A stretch of 64,000 bases of DNA from Elusimicrobiales bacterium (GCA_024681855.1 JAILAB010000058.1:982-64981); one strand, 5' to 3'; shown: positions 48,728-59,153, counted from the first letter of the stretch. Translations and numbers: made by a program. Notes: generated from the sequence alone by a model not told the origin.

Positions 48728-49852
48728 TTATTTTTTCAGAGATGCTTTAACGGCATCTGTAACCAGCTTAATCTGCTCATCCGTAAGCTCTGGATACATT
48801 GGCAGAGAGAAAACAGTATCCTGTACTTTCTCAGCATTGGGAAGATCTCCTCTCTTGCCTCCGAGATGCGCATAAGCTTTCTGCAAATGCAGTGCTATCG
48901 GATAGTATATCTGATTGGCTATGCCCTGTTCTGTAAGATATTTCTGGGCATTGTCGCGCTGTTCCTTTGTATCAAAGCGGATGGTGTAATAGTTAAAGGA
49001 ATGGCGGCAGTTTTCAGGCACTACGGGCGTAGCGCAAAAGCCTTTAAGCGCTTCCGCATATTTTGCTGCTACTGCTTTTCTCATCTCTGTCCATTTTTCA
49101 ACATGCTTTAGCCTTACGCTTAATATGGCGGCCTGTACGGTGTCAAGCCTTGAATTAAAGCCTTCTATTTCATGTATATAGCGTATTTTGCTGCCATGAT
49201 TGCGCAGGGCTTTCAGCTCTTCATAAATTGCATCATCGTTAGTAAGAACTGCCCCGGCATCGCCGAAAGCTCCTAAGTTCTTAGCTGGGAAGAAACTGAA
49301 AGTTCCGCAGTCGCCTATTGTTCCAAGGTATTTCCAATTCCCGTCGGCCATGCGGTATTTCCCGGTAAATGCTTGGGCTGTGTCTTCAATTACTTTTAAA
49401 TTATGTTTTTTCGCTATGGCCATTATTTCGTCCATTTCGGCAGGCATGCCATAAAGATGGACAGGAAGTATTGCCTTAGTTTTGCTTGTTATTTTGCTTT
49501 CCACTGATTTAGGGCAAAGAGTGTATCTTTCAGGATCAATGTCAGCGAAAACAGGAATGGCTCCAGCCTGGCTTATAGTTTCTGATGTGGCTATGAATGT
49601 GAAAGGCGTTGTTATAACCTCATCTCCCGGCTTAATGCCGCTTGCCAGCAGGGCAAGCCTAAGAGCATCAGTGCCGCTATTTACTCCAACAGCGTATTTA
49701 GCGCCATTGTGAGCGGCAAACTCTTTTTCAAATTCAGAAACTTGCGCTCCGAGAATAAAATTCGCTTTTTCAAACACTTGTTTTACTGCTGTTTCTATTT
49801 CTTCTCTTATGGGCGGATATCCGGCCGTAAGATCTACCATTGGTACTTTCAT
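48728..49852 (-). CDS. DegT/DnrJ/EryC1/StrS PLP-dependent sugar aminotransferase
   Basis: NSGTDAL, TPFTFIAT, PVHLYG, IEDTAQA, FSFFPAKNLGAFGD.G, GFNSRLD. Confidence 0.93.
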   Translation of the reverse strand: MKVPMVDLTAGYPPIREEIETAVKQVFEKANFILGAQVSEFEKEFAAHNGAKYAVGVNSGTDALRLALLASGIKPGDEVITTPFTFIATSETISQAGAIPVFADIDPERYTLCPKSVESKITSKTKAILPVHLYGMPAEMDEIMAIAKKHNLKVIEDTAQAFTGKYRMADGNWKYLGTIGDCGTFSFFPAKNLGAFGDAGAVLTNDDAIYEELKALRNHGSKIRYIHEIEGFNSRLDTVQAAILSVRLKHVEKWTEMRKAVAAKYAEALKGFCATPVVPENCRHSFNYYTIRFDTKEQRDNAQKYLTEQGIANQIYYPIALHLQKAYAHLGGKRGDLPNAEKVQDTVFSLPMYPELTDEQIKLVTDAVKASLKK

Positions 49853-49930
49853 GTATCCTCCTTAGGATTACTACAAACAAATTTTATAAAACGCAGGGCA
49901 AGCCGTGCAAATGCTATAATTGAATTAATA

Positions 49931-52150
49931 ATGAAAAAATTTAATTTTTCTAATCCGTTTATTCGATTTTCAGATTGGTTTGAAAGCCTTTCTCTGCATA
50001 AAAAGGCTTATGCCATTCTAGGCATTGTCTCATCGCTTATATTGCTGTGCATGGTTGCAGTTTGCATTCCGCTTCATTATCTGCTTGGCTCCCTGCCTTC
50101 GACTGACAGTTTGGAGAATTACACTCCATCTCTTACAACTTATGTGTATGACATAAATGACACAATGGTAAGCGAGTTTTCTGTTGAAAAGAGGGCATAC
50201 CTTAATCTTGACAGAATCCCAGAGAATCTTCAGCATGCTCTAGTCGCTATGGAAGACCAGCAGTTTTATAATCATCCTGGCATTTCCGTAAGGGGTATTT
50301 TCCGTTCTGTGGTAAGCAATGTCATGCGCGGCAGAAAAGCACAGGGCGGTTCTACTATTACCCAGCAGCTCTCCAGAGGCATTTTCCTAACTGCTGAAAA
50401 AACTATTATCCGAAAAATAAAGGAAATCCTGCTTGCTTTCCATATAGAACGCAAATTTTCAAAGCAGGAAATACTTACCCTTTATCTTAATCAGATTTAC
50501 CTTGGTGGCGGCGTTTATGGAGTTCAATCTGCGGCAAAACATTATTTTGGCAAAAACGTGGATGAGCTGTCTTTAGCTGAATGCGCAATGCTTGTTGGCC
50601 TTATTCCTTCTCCTGAGAGATATTCCCCTTTTAAGAACCCTGATTCGGCAAAGCAGCGTCGCAAAATAGTCCTTGATCAGATGGTGAGTTTCTCACAAAG
50701 AAAAAAAGATAAGGATGACAAAACTCCAAATTATTCCGCAATAACAAAAGAAGCTGCGGATCTTGCGGCTGAAGAGCCTTTTGCCACAGAACCTGATGCC
50801 AAGGGAAATTCTCATGGCGCATATTTCGTAGAACATGTGCGGCAGCAGCTTAAAACCCTGGGTTTTTCAGATGATCAGATTTATAAGGGAGGATATAAAG
50901 TCTATACCACTCTTGATATAAATATGCAGAAGGTTGCGGAAGAGGTAATGGAAAAATATCTCTCTAAGTATGATGAGGCTGTAGCACAAATGCCAAAGCC
51001 TGCGCCTGAAAAAATTATAGATGAGAATGGCGTAGAGCAGGAAGCTCCAGCTCCGTCTACAGCTCCGGTGCAGGGGGCTTTTATAATACTTGATAATAAG
51101 ACTGGCGGCATACGCTGCCTTGTTGGAGGCCGCAATTTCAAAGATAGCAAATTTAACAGGGCTTTGCAGGCAAGGCGTCAGCCAGGCTCAACATTTAAGC
51201 CTTTTGTATGGATGGCTGCGCTGATGAACGGATATACTCCTGCCAGCATTGTGGACGACTCTCCAATGGCTTATTATTTTGACGGCAGGGACTGGCGGCT
51301 TTTAGAAGGAGCAACTGATCAGTATTCCATAGATTTGGCTGTTGCCCCATTTGTCGGAAATCCCGAATTTAAGATATGGGTTCCGAATAACTTTGACGGC
51401 AAGTCCCGCGGTCCGATAACTGCTAGGAGAGCATTGGAAGCATCTAGAAATTTGGCCTCCATTTATTTGGTAACCCGCGTAGGCCCCACTTCAGTGGTTG
51501 ATGTGGCTCATCAGGCAGGAATAGACCCTAAGCGCTTCCTTAATCCAGTGCCGTCAATAGGTTTAGGAACATCTCTGGTTACTCCGATGGAAATGACCAC
51601 GGCATTTTCTACTTTCGCGAATGGAGGCATTCATGTAGAGCCTTTCGCCATAGCAAAAGTTGTGGACAGCCAGGGCCGTGTAGTATATGAAAATTATCCT
51701 GAAGAAACGGAAAGTTTTTCTCCGCAGCTTTCATATGTTCTTGTGAATATGATGAAAGGCGTTGTTCAGCGCGGAACAGGCGTAAGAGCCTCTGTCTTGA
51801 AACGCCCTCTTGCTGGAAAAACAGGCACAAGCCAGGATTCAAAGGATATGTGGTTTATAGGCATGACGCCTGACCTTACCGCTGGAGCATGGATGGGCTA
51901 TGATGACCAGATAATGATGTCAAAGCAGGACTGGACCGGCGGTTCTACCGTGTTGCCGTGGTGGACGGAAATCATGTCGTCTGTTTTTAAGGATATGCCT
52001 GTAAGGGACTTCACCGTCCCAGATGGAATAACTTTTGTTACCATAGACCAGGACAGCGGAAAACTTGCCCTTCCTACCTGTAAAAAGAAGCTGCTTGAAG
52101 CTTTTGTTGCCGGCACAGAGCCGCATGAGTTTTGTGATGTGGAACATTAA
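49931..52150 (+). CDS. Class A penicillin-binding protein (PBP1A family)
   Basis: TM anchor; GT motifs AMEDQQFY.H.G, GGSTITQQL, RK..E, YLN.IY.G; TP motifs STFK, SRN, KTGT; start revised to 49931. Confidence 0.93.
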   Translation: MKKFNFSNPFIRFSDWFESLSLHKKAYAILGIVSSLILLCMVAVCIPLHYLLGSLPSTDSLENYTPSLTTYVYDINDTMVSEFSVEKRAYLNLDRIPENLQHALVAMEDQQFYNHPGISVRGIFRSVVSNVMRGRKAQGGSTITQQLSRGIFLTAEKTIIRKIKEILLAFHIERKFSKQEILTLYLNQIYLGGGVYGVQSAAKHYFGKNVDELSLAECAMLVGLIPSPERYSPFKNPDSAKQRRKIVLDQMVSFSQRKKDKDDKTPNYSAITKEAADLAAEEPFATEPDAKGNSHGAYFVEHVRQQLKTLGFSDDQIYKGGYKVYTTLDINMQKVAEEVMEKYLSKYDEAVAQMPKPAPEKIIDENGVEQEAPAPSTAPVQGAFIILDNKTGGIRCLVGGRNFKDSKFNRALQARRQPGSTFKPFVWMAALMNGYTPASIVDDSPMAYYFDGRDWRLLEGATDQYSIDLAVAPFVGNPEFKIWVPNNFDGKSRGPITARRALEASRNLASIYLVTRVGPTSVVDVAHQAGIDPKRFLNPVPSIGLGTSLVTPMEMTTAFSTFANGGIHVEPFAIAKVVDSQGRVVYENYPEETESFSPQLSYVLVNMMKGVVQRGTGVRASVLKRPLAGKTGTSQDSKDMWFIGMTPDLTAGAWMGYDDQIMMSKQDWTGGSTVLPWWTEIMSSVFKDMPVRDFTVPDGITFVTIDQDSGKLALPTCKKKLLEAFVAGTEPHEFCDVEH

Positions 52151-52166
52151 TAATCCTGCTTAGATA

Positions 52167-52204
52167 AATTAGAAAAGGCTGTCTAATGACAGCCTTTTCT
52201 AATT
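52167..52204. terminator. Bidirectional terminator
   Basis: aattagaaaaggctgtc-taat-gacagccttttctaatt. Confidence 0.85.
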
Positions 52205-52267
52205 AGCCAGATAAGTTTTCTTTCAGCATGAATTCATTCTGAATTATTATTTAGCCGGTCTTAGCCT

Positions 52268-53395
52268 TTAAATATATATTTTAGGAATAAGCGTGTTTGC
52301 TGCCGTTCTCCTTACATGAAGAGAAACTGCAGTTCCTGGAATAGCTTCAGGTATTTCTGAAACATCAAGCAGTGTATGTGATATCCCAGGCTTGCTTATA
52401 AAGAATGCCTTTTTATTATTTATAACGCCCCAATAGCGGAATCCGGAAGAAATGCGTATTTGGTATTCTGCCGGCTCCATGGTAAGGCCGTCGCTGTATC
52501 CTGCTGGTATTGCGGCTATTCTCATATCTTTAGGAGCGGTAAATTCAGCATTGTATCCCAGTTTCTGTCCTTTCCTTATTTGTTTTACTGAAATTATTTT
52601 TGCGAAAAATTTCCAAGGCCTCAGCAAGCCTGGCAGCGGCGGGCCCTGCCTGCGTTTGCGGTAAATGTCTGTGGGATATATGCCGTACATAAGATTCCCT
52701 ATCCTTACCTCATCATGCTGGCTGTCAGGAAAATCGCAGAATACGGAACTATTGGCTGCGCAGGCTTCAATATGCCTGCCGGCAGCAGAGGAAGCCTGTT
52801 CTGCCAATTTGGCAAAGAGCTTGAGTTTTTCTTCAGCGTCTGTCATGTTTTGAGGAGGCTTATATCCGAGATGAGTGCTTATTCCGGCAAGTCTTATATG
52901 CTGAAATTTGTCCGTATCTGTTGCTTCTTTAAGAAAAGAAGCAAATTCTTCCGGAGCTATACCCCAGCGTCCCATGCCTGTGTCCGCAGGCAATGTCCAT
53001 GGCAGAAAGCCGGATTTGTCTTTGTGCTTTTTAGCTGCTTTTTCAAATGCCAGCAGAAAATCTATAGAATCAGGGCAAGGCTCCAGTTTGCCGGCGGCTA
53101 TCGCTTCTGCTTCTTCAGGAAGAGAGGGGGCGAGAAGTTTTATTTTCGCATCAGGGAATGCTTTTCTTAATTTAAGCCCTTCTTCCGCAGTAAGCACGGC
53201 AAGGCTGTCAGCTCCTCCGATGATTGCTGCCTCAGCTGTTTCACATGCTCCATGCCCGTATCCATTGGCTTTGACAACCGCTGTAAACTTAACTCCTTTT
53301 TTCAGCGCGGCTTTTATTATCCTTACATTTTCTGTTATTACTTTTTTGTCAATTTCAATCCATTTAAGCATTGTTCTGCGCCTTGATATTGGCAT
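52268..53395 (-). CDS. alr: Alanine racemase family protein
   Basis: AVVKANGYGHG (PLP Lys), DTGMGRWG, ANSS, VRIG..MYG, LGYN, GYSDG. Confidence 0.85.
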   Translation of the reverse strand: MPISRRRTMLKWIEIDKKVITENVRIIKAALKKGVKFTAVVKANGYGHGACETAEAAIIGGADSLAVLTAEEGLKLRKAFPDAKIKLLAPSLPEEAEAIAAGKLEPCPDSIDFLLAFEKAAKKHKDKSGFLPWTLPADTGMGRWGIAPEEFASFLKEATDTDKFQHIRLAGISTHLGYKPPQNMTDAEEKLKLFAKLAEQASSAAGRHIEACAANSSVFCDFPDSQHDEVRIGNLMYGIYPTDIYRKRRQGPPLPGLLRPWKFFAKIISVKQIRKGQKLGYNAEFTAPKDMRIAAIPAGYSDGLTMEPAEYQIRISSGFRYWGVINNKKAFFISKPGISHTLLDVSEIPEAIPGTAVSLHVRRTAANTLIPKIYI

Positions 53396-53459
53396 TCTCT
53401 CCGCTCAATGAGGACATGCGGCGGCTTATGCCGATATGTTAAAATTATATCAAAAGGAA

Positions 53460-56400
53460 ATGGAATATTCTGTAAAGGGCATTCCTAATTTGAGCGCCCG
53501 CCTCTGGTTTGCCCTTGCCAGACAGCAGGAAAAAAAAACGGACGCTTTATTTATCATTAAACCGGAAGAAGCGCAAGAAGCGCTGAATGCCGCAGAATCG
53601 CTTTTGTCCATAATGCCTGAGAACTCGCAGATTCCGGAGCTTTGCGTTTGGGAAGGAGATACTGCCCAGAAAGCCGCCGCATTGCGGAAACTGTGCCGTC
53701 ATGAAAAACAACAGCTGATATTTCACATACTTTCTAAAGAAACATTATGCTCTTCATTTCCAGATAAAGCGGCATACGATGACTTGTCGCTGCGTATTAT
53801 CAGAGGAAGAAATTATCAGCGCAATAAGATAACCGGCAGGCTGTCAGAAATTGGTTATGAGCGTGTTTTTTTTGTAGAGGAGAGAGGCGATTATGCGGTT
53901 AGGGGCTCAGTTCTGGATGTCTTTCCTTTAGATGCTGAGAAGCCTCTGCGTCTTTTTTTTGATGATGATCTGCTTGCTGGCATTAGATATTTTGAAATAG
54001 ACAGCCAGCACACTTCAGATTTCCTTGACTCTTTTGAAATTCCGCCAAAAAATTTTGGCAGCGCGCGCCGGCCATTCATTTCCTTTTTAGGAAAAGAATT
54101 TTTTGCTGTTTCCTGCATGGATATCTGGAAGGAAGATATGCCGGAAATTCCCTGTCTTTATCTTGCGGAAGCAATTACTCCTGACTTTGATGAAGATTTC
54201 GGGGCTGCAAAAAATTTGAGTTTCGGCCTTTCTCCCGAAATGCTTTCCGCTGAAATTCGCCGCTTGCGCAAATGCGGATTTACTGTATATTTCTTTTGCA
54301 TAAATAAGGGCGAGGCGGAAAGGATAGGCCGGCTTCTCCAAGGCAAGGATATTGGCGGAACTCTTATTCCTAAAATAGGCTATATATCGGAAGGTTTTGT
54401 TCACAATCCCGGCAAAATAGCTGTTATAACCGCGTCAGAATATCTGATGCGCCGCTATTCTTTCAGCATGGACTCCCATAAGGCAGGCAAGAAATTCTTC
54501 AAGTGGAGTGATTTGAAGCCTGGGGATTATGTGGTTCATGAGGATTATGGCATAGCAAGGTATCGCGGCCTGAAAAAGGCGTATTACCGTACTCAAGATG
54601 GTCAGACGGCAGAAGATTCCGATTGCCTTTATCTGGAATATGCCAGGGGGGATGCTCTTTTTGTCCCATTAGATGATTTCACTAAAGTTCAAAAGTTCAT
54701 AAGTTCGGAAGGAAAACAGCCTCATCTTTCTCACATGGACACAAAAACATGGAAAGACATGAAGGGCCGTGTGAAGGAAGAAGTGCGGGAAATGGCAGGA
54801 AATATTCTCAGGCTGGAAGCCGAAAGAGCATTGTGCCATGCCTGTTCATTTGCTCATGGAGGCATTCTGGAGACTGAATTTGAGGAAGCCTTCGCTTATG
54901 AGGAAACGCCTGATCAGAAAAAAGCCATAAAGGAAGTTCTTCAGGACATGGAGGGAGAAATTCCCATGAACAGGCTTATTGCCGGAGATGTCGGATTTGG
55001 CAAAACGGAGGTTGCAATGCGTGCAGCTATGCGCGCGGTGATAAACGGAGCGCAGGCTGCGTTAATTGCCCCTACCACAATACTTGCAGATCAGCATTTC
55101 AGGAGCTTTAAGGCCCGTTTTGCAGGATTTCCGGTGCGGATAAAAGTGCTTTCCCGTTTTGTTTCAGCTAAAGAACAGAAAGAAACCTTGCGTGAGCTGG
55201 AATCAGGCAAGGCTGATATAGTGATTGGCACGCATCGCCTGCTTCAGAAGGATATTAAATTTTCCAATTTAGGCCTGATGATAGTTGATGAGGAACATCG
55301 CTTTGGCGTTAAGGCTAAAGACCGCATAAAAGAAACAGCAAAAGGCGTTCACTGTCTTCTTATGAGCGCTACGCCAATTCCAAGGACGCTTTACCAGTCT
55401 TTGTCTGCCCTTAAAAGCATGAGCGTTATTGAAAGCCCTCCTGTGGGAAGACAGGCCGTGTCAACTTTTGTGCGCCCTTTCTCCGAACAGGATGTTGCTT
55501 CAGCCGTAGCATACGAGCTTGCAAGGGGCGGCCAGGTTTTTTATGTGCATAACAGGGTTAAGACAATAGATAGCCGCTGCGCCTATCTTAAAAAGATAAT
55601 GCCGGAACTGCGCATAGCTGTAGCGCATGGCCAGCTGTCTTCGGAATCCGTTGCCGGAACCATGAAAGCCTTTCTAAACGGGGAATACGATGTGCTTATG
55701 GCTACCACGATAATAGAGTCAGGCATAGACATTCCTAATGTGAATACTCTTATTGTGGAACAGGCTCATGAGCTTGGTCTTGCGCAGCTTTATCAGCTGC
55801 GCGGAAGAATAGGAAGAGGAAAACGCAAGGCTTTCTGTTATCTTTATTATCCTGGCTGGCTTAATAGCAGCAATGGCAAGGATATTCTGAATAAAAAAAC
55901 AGATTTGAATATTTCTTTAAATGCGGAAAAAAGAAAAAAAGATGATAAGACAAGTTCTGTTTCAGAAGATGCTGCCCGCCGGCTAAGCGCATTAGAAGAA
56001 TTTACAGCATTGGGATCGGGGTTGAGGCTGGCCATGCGTGATTTGGAAATACGCGGCGCTGGCGATCTCTTAGGCTTGCGGCAGCATGGATTTATAAACA
56101 GCGTGGGCCTTGAAATGTACATACAGCTCCTTAATGGGGAAATAAACCGCCTTAAAGGCAAAAAGCCTGAAGAAGATTTGCCGGATCCGAGCCTTGACAT
56201 AGCCGTTACGGCTTATCTGCCTGAATACTATATTGAAGATGAAATGGAAAGGCTTAATTACTATAAAAAGATTTTGAAAGCGCCGCTCAAGCAGCTTTCA
56301 GCCATTTATGATGAACTGGAAGACTTGTCCGGCCCGGCCCCTGAGCCGGTTAAAAGCCTTTTCCGAATAGCTCGCCTAAAAAAGAGGCTTGGCCGCATTG

Positions 56401-56645
56401 GAGTTCGTTCAGTAAGACATGTTAAGGACAGTCTTGAGATTTTTTTCCGCCATAGCGCGCCGGTAAGCATGGAATTAGCAAAATTATGGACAAAGGTTTT
56501 TGGACAGCGCCTTTCTTTCATTCCATCTCCTGACGGCGACGGACTGCGCTTCCTCAAAATCAGCCGCCCGATAGATCTTTTGGATAATTTCCTTAAAATA
56601 ACGGAAGATAAAATGAAAGTCTCTTTTAATGAAAGTCTCTTTTAA
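53460..56645 (+). CDS. mfd: Transcription-repair coupling factor
   Basis: GDYAVRG..LD.FP, GDYVVH.DYGI.RY, GDVGFGKTEVA, DEEHRFG, SATPIPRT, QL.QLRGR.GR, DLEIRGAGDLLG. Confidence 0.95.
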   Translation: MEYSVKGIPNLSARLWFALARQQEKKTDALFIIKPEEAQEALNAAESLLSIMPENSQIPELCVWEGDTAQKAAALRKLCRHEKQQLIFHILSKETLCSSFPDKAAYDDLSLRIIRGRNYQRNKITGRLSEIGYERVFFVEERGDYAVRGSVLDVFPLDAEKPLRLFFDDDLLAGIRYFEIDSQHTSDFLDSFEIPPKNFGSARRPFISFLGKEFFAVSCMDIWKEDMPEIPCLYLAEAITPDFDEDFGAAKNLSFGLSPEMLSAEIRRLRKCGFTVYFFCINKGEAERIGRLLQGKDIGGTLIPKIGYISEGFVHNPGKIAVITASEYLMRRYSFSMDSHKAGKKFFKWSDLKPGDYVVHEDYGIARYRGLKKAYYRTQDGQTAEDSDCLYLEYARGDALFVPLDDFTKVQKFISSEGKQPHLSHMDTKTWKDMKGRVKEEVREMAGNILRLEAERALCHACSFAHGGILETEFEEAFAYEETPDQKKAIKEVLQDMEGEIPMNRLIAGDVGFGKTEVAMRAAMRAVINGAQAALIAPTTILADQHFRSFKARFAGFPVRIKVLSRFVSAKEQKETLRELESGKADIVIGTHRLLQKDIKFSNLGLMIVDEEHRFGVKAKDRIKETAKGVHCLLMSATPIPRTLYQSLSALKSMSVIESPPVGRQAVSTFVRPFSEQDVASAVAYELARGGQVFYVHNRVKTIDSRCAYLKKIMPELRIAVAHGQLSSESVAGTMKAFLNGEYDVLMATTIIESGIDIPNVNTLIVEQAHELGLAQLYQLRGRIGRGKRKAFCYLYYPGWLNSSNGKDILNKKTDLNISLNAEKRKKDDKTSSVSEDAARRLSALEEFTALGSGLRLAMRDLEIRGAGDLLGLRQHGFINSVGLEMYIQLLNGEINRLKGKKPEEDLPDPSLDIAVTAYLPEYYIEDEMERLNYYKKILKAPLKQLSAIYDELEDLSGPAPEPVKSLFRIARLKKRLGRIGVRSVRHVKDSLEIFFRHSAPVSMELAKLWTKVFGQRLSFIPSPDGDGLRFLKISRPIDLLDNFLKITEDKMKVSFNESLF

Positions 56646-56808
56646 AGAAAAGTATTGATACAATATAATTATAAAGAACGCAAAGATTACTTCGTAGTCC
56701 TGAACTTGTTTCAGGCCCTCTTTAAGCTGCAGAGATGCTGAAATAAATTCAGCACGGCGTAAAAACTGTAAAATCAATATTCTTCTTAATAAAGAGCAAA
56801 ATGAAAAG
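56641..56808. repeat. Dispersed ~165-bp palindromic repeat, copy 2 (inverted relative to copy 1)
   Basis: GTCCTGAACTTGTTTCAGG...TGCTGAAATAAATTCAGCA core plus conserved flanks. Confidence 0.8.
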
Positions 56809-56946
56809 TTCTGAAAAATAAAAATTGCCGCGATTAATGATGAAAACAGTTTCTTTTGTTAATTTTTCATGCTCTTGCAAATAAAGATTATAATTAGTAA
56901 AAATGTATAATTAAGGAAGTTCAGTATTTTACCGAAAGGAGTATTT

Positions 56947-57663
56947 ATGAAAAAGCTTCTTATGCTTGTTATGATGTTCATGATTGCAGTTCCGGCATCT
57001 GCCTCTAATGTGCTTTTCATCGGTGATTCTCATTCCGTAGGGCCTTTCGGCTGGAAAATGGATGAGCTTGTGCGCCGCGAGTCTGGAATTAATATTGGCA
57101 CTTATGCAAGCTGCGGCTCTGTGTTTAACTGGTGGGAAACAGGCCATGCTACATCATGCGGTTATTTTTTTAGGGATATTAAAGGCTCAACTCTTCATGG
57201 CACAAAAACAGCAACGCCCATTTTTGATAATCTAATGAAAGAAATAAAACCTCAGATGGTTATTGTTGAGCTTGGCGCAAACTATGCAGGCTGGACTTCA
57301 GACGAAGCTGCAGTGGCAGATATGAAAAAACTTGTTAAAAAAATCTCTGACGCTGGGGCAAAATGTTTTTGGATAAGCAAGCCCGATGCCCGCAAAGGCA
57401 AGGAGAACATCCCCCGCATATTAAGGCTTACCAGAGAGGCTGTGTTGCCATACTGTGCTTTTTTTGACAGCACTTTAGTTACCGAATATCCTGCTGAAGG
57501 AGGAGACGGTGTTCATTATTGGAATGAAAAGGGCCGTCCCATTGCCGAAAACTGGGCGCATGAGGCTTTTAAGGCAATGAAGCCTATGCTTGCGGATCTG
57601 CATGGCAAACAGGATTCTTCTGATAAGGAATCCTCTAATAAAACAGAGGCAGAATCTAACTGA
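56947..57663 (+). CDS. Secreted SGNH/GDSL hydrolase
   Basis: Signal peptide; FIGDSH, ELGANY, DGVHY. Confidence 0.85.
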   Translation: MKKLLMLVMMFMIAVPASASNVLFIGDSHSVGPFGWKMDELVRRESGINIGTYASCGSVFNWWETGHATSCGYFFRDIKGSTLHGTKTATPIFDNLMKEIKPQMVIVELGANYAGWTSDEAAVADMKKLVKKISDAGAKCFWISKPDARKGKENIPRILRLTREAVLPYCAFFDSTLVTEYPAEGGDGVHYWNEKGRPIAENWAHEAFKAMKPMLADLHGKQDSSDKESSNKTEAESN

Positions 57664-57688
57664 AATATTTTTATAATTAACACGAAGT

Positions 57689-58105
57689 ATGGGAAAAAGG
57701 CTTTCTTCAAAATCAACTGTTTATCTTATTGACGGGTCAAATTTTGTAATGCGTTTTGGCGACAAGCCTTTTCATATCGCCGAAGAAGAGTTTACTGACT
57801 GGCTAAGTTTGGCTCGCAGCACAGAGCTTCTTTCCAATGATGAATTCAGAGTTATATTTGATGGCCCCTGCCGCAGGGAAAAACCTGCGGGACAGGGAAT
57901 AATCGTTTATTATACGGATTCAGAGCCTGCTGATGACTATATAGTCGAGACTGGGGCTTTTCTTACTGGCGCGCATTCCAGAACTGTAATCGTTTCCTCT
58001 GACAATGGACTGCTTGCCAGAGCAAAAGAAGACAATGTCCTCACATTGAGATGTGAGGCTTTTTTTAAACTTGTTCAATGCGAGATTGATAAAAAATCCC
58101 GCTAA
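57689..58105 (+). CDS. NYN/PIN-like (YacP family) domain protein
   Basis: YLIDGSN, VIFDG, ADDYI, VSSDNGL. Confidence 0.8.
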   Translation: MGKRLSSKSTVYLIDGSNFVMRFGDKPFHIAEEEFTDWLSLARSTELLSNDEFRVIFDGPCRREKPAGQGIIVYYTDSEPADDYIVETGAFLTGAHSRTVIVSSDNGLLARAKEDNVLTLRCEAFFKLVQCEIDKKSR

Positions 58106-58124
58106 AATATTACTAAAATATCGT

Positions 58125-59153
58125 ATGAATATAAAAAAACTGTTATTTATATTTTTTTCAATGGCATTGCTTGCTGCCATTCCTTATGCAGCGTTTGCTG
58201 CCGATGATGATTTTATGTGGCAAGATGAGGATGAGACTGCATATACTGCGCCTGCCGCAAAAAAATCAGTTAGCAATAAGAAAAAGACAAAGGCTATGTC
58301 AGCAAATGCTTCTAAATCAGCAAAAAAAAGATTGAACAAAAAAAATAAACGCAATAATACTGCTCTGAATGATGATGCCGCGTCTGAAAAATCGGTTTTA
58401 TCAAATAAAAATAAACCTGCTGCACAGACTGCGAAAATAAAAAAGTTTAGAAAGAAAACATCAGATGAAATAGACCAGCTTCCATTGCCGCCTCCTCCTA
58501 AGAAGAAAAATAAAGAGGATTCCCTTTTGCCAAGTAAAGATAAAAAGGAGAATTCTGGAACGGAGAAAAAGACAGAATCTTCTTCTGAGCCGGGAGAGCC
58601 TGATTATGAGGCATGGGATAGGGAGTATCAGGAAGCTCTTGCCGCTGAGGAAGCGAAAAAAAAGCAGGAGCAGGCTGCTGAAGAGGACTCTGAGCCTAGG
58701 GAGCTTAATTATAAGATGCTTTCCGGGTGGGAGACAGATTCCCGCGATGGCCGCGGAGCGGCTTTCTCTATGAAAAAAAATTCAGCTTCATTCGTAGTTA
58801 ATGAAAAAAAAGAATCGTGCGATTCTAAACTGATATTGAAAGAAGTCAATGCTGAACATAAAAAATTTAAACAGAGGGATCGTCCGTCAAAAGTCAAAGC
58901 CTATGCCATAAAAAATGGCGTTTCAGGGTATTACTTCAGTATTGATGACGATCGCAGCAAGCATTATTTTGCTTTTATATGCGCAGGCTCTAAAACTCTT
59001 TACATTACATTGAAAAATGCAGAGTCTGATTCTGTCTTTCAGGAAGCTATGAAATCTTTGCAGATGGAAAAGATCAGCTCAAAAAATAAAAAAAATGCAG
59101 AAAAACCTACTCTTAAGCCTGTAGTTTATATGACGGACATTCTTGTGAGATAA
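58125..59153 (+). CDS. Hypothetical secreted Lys/Glu-rich protein
   Basis: Signal peptide (AFA); low-complexity K-rich region, poly-Pro, globular C-terminus with 2 Cys. Confidence 0.6.
   Translation: MNIKKLLFIFFSMALLAAIPYAAFAADDDFMWQDEDETAYTAPAAKKSVSNKKKTKAMSANASKSAKKRLNKKNKRNNTALNDDAASEKSVLSNKNKPAAQTAKIKKFRKKTSDEIDQLPLPPPPKKKNKEDSLLPSKDKKENSGTEKKTESSSEPGEPDYEAWDREYQEALAAEEAKKKQEQAAEEDSEPRELNYKMLSGWETDSRDGRGAAFSMKKNSASFVVNEKKESCDSKLILKEVNAEHKKFKQRDRPSKVKAYAIKNGVSGYYFSIDDDRSKHYFAFICAGSKTLYITLKNAESDSVFQEAMKSLQMEKISSKNKKNAEKPTLKPVVYMTDILVR

Noticed and set aside
49709-49930. N-terminal extension of PBP1A in the ORF track
   Set aside because: It overlaps the divergent aminotransferase gene; a -10 element and ATG at 49931 give a normal TM-anchored start
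57689-58105. NYN/PIN gene as a toxin-antitoxin or defence module
   Set aside because: YacP-like and stand-alone; both neighbours are secreted proteins and no antitoxin-like gene is adjacent
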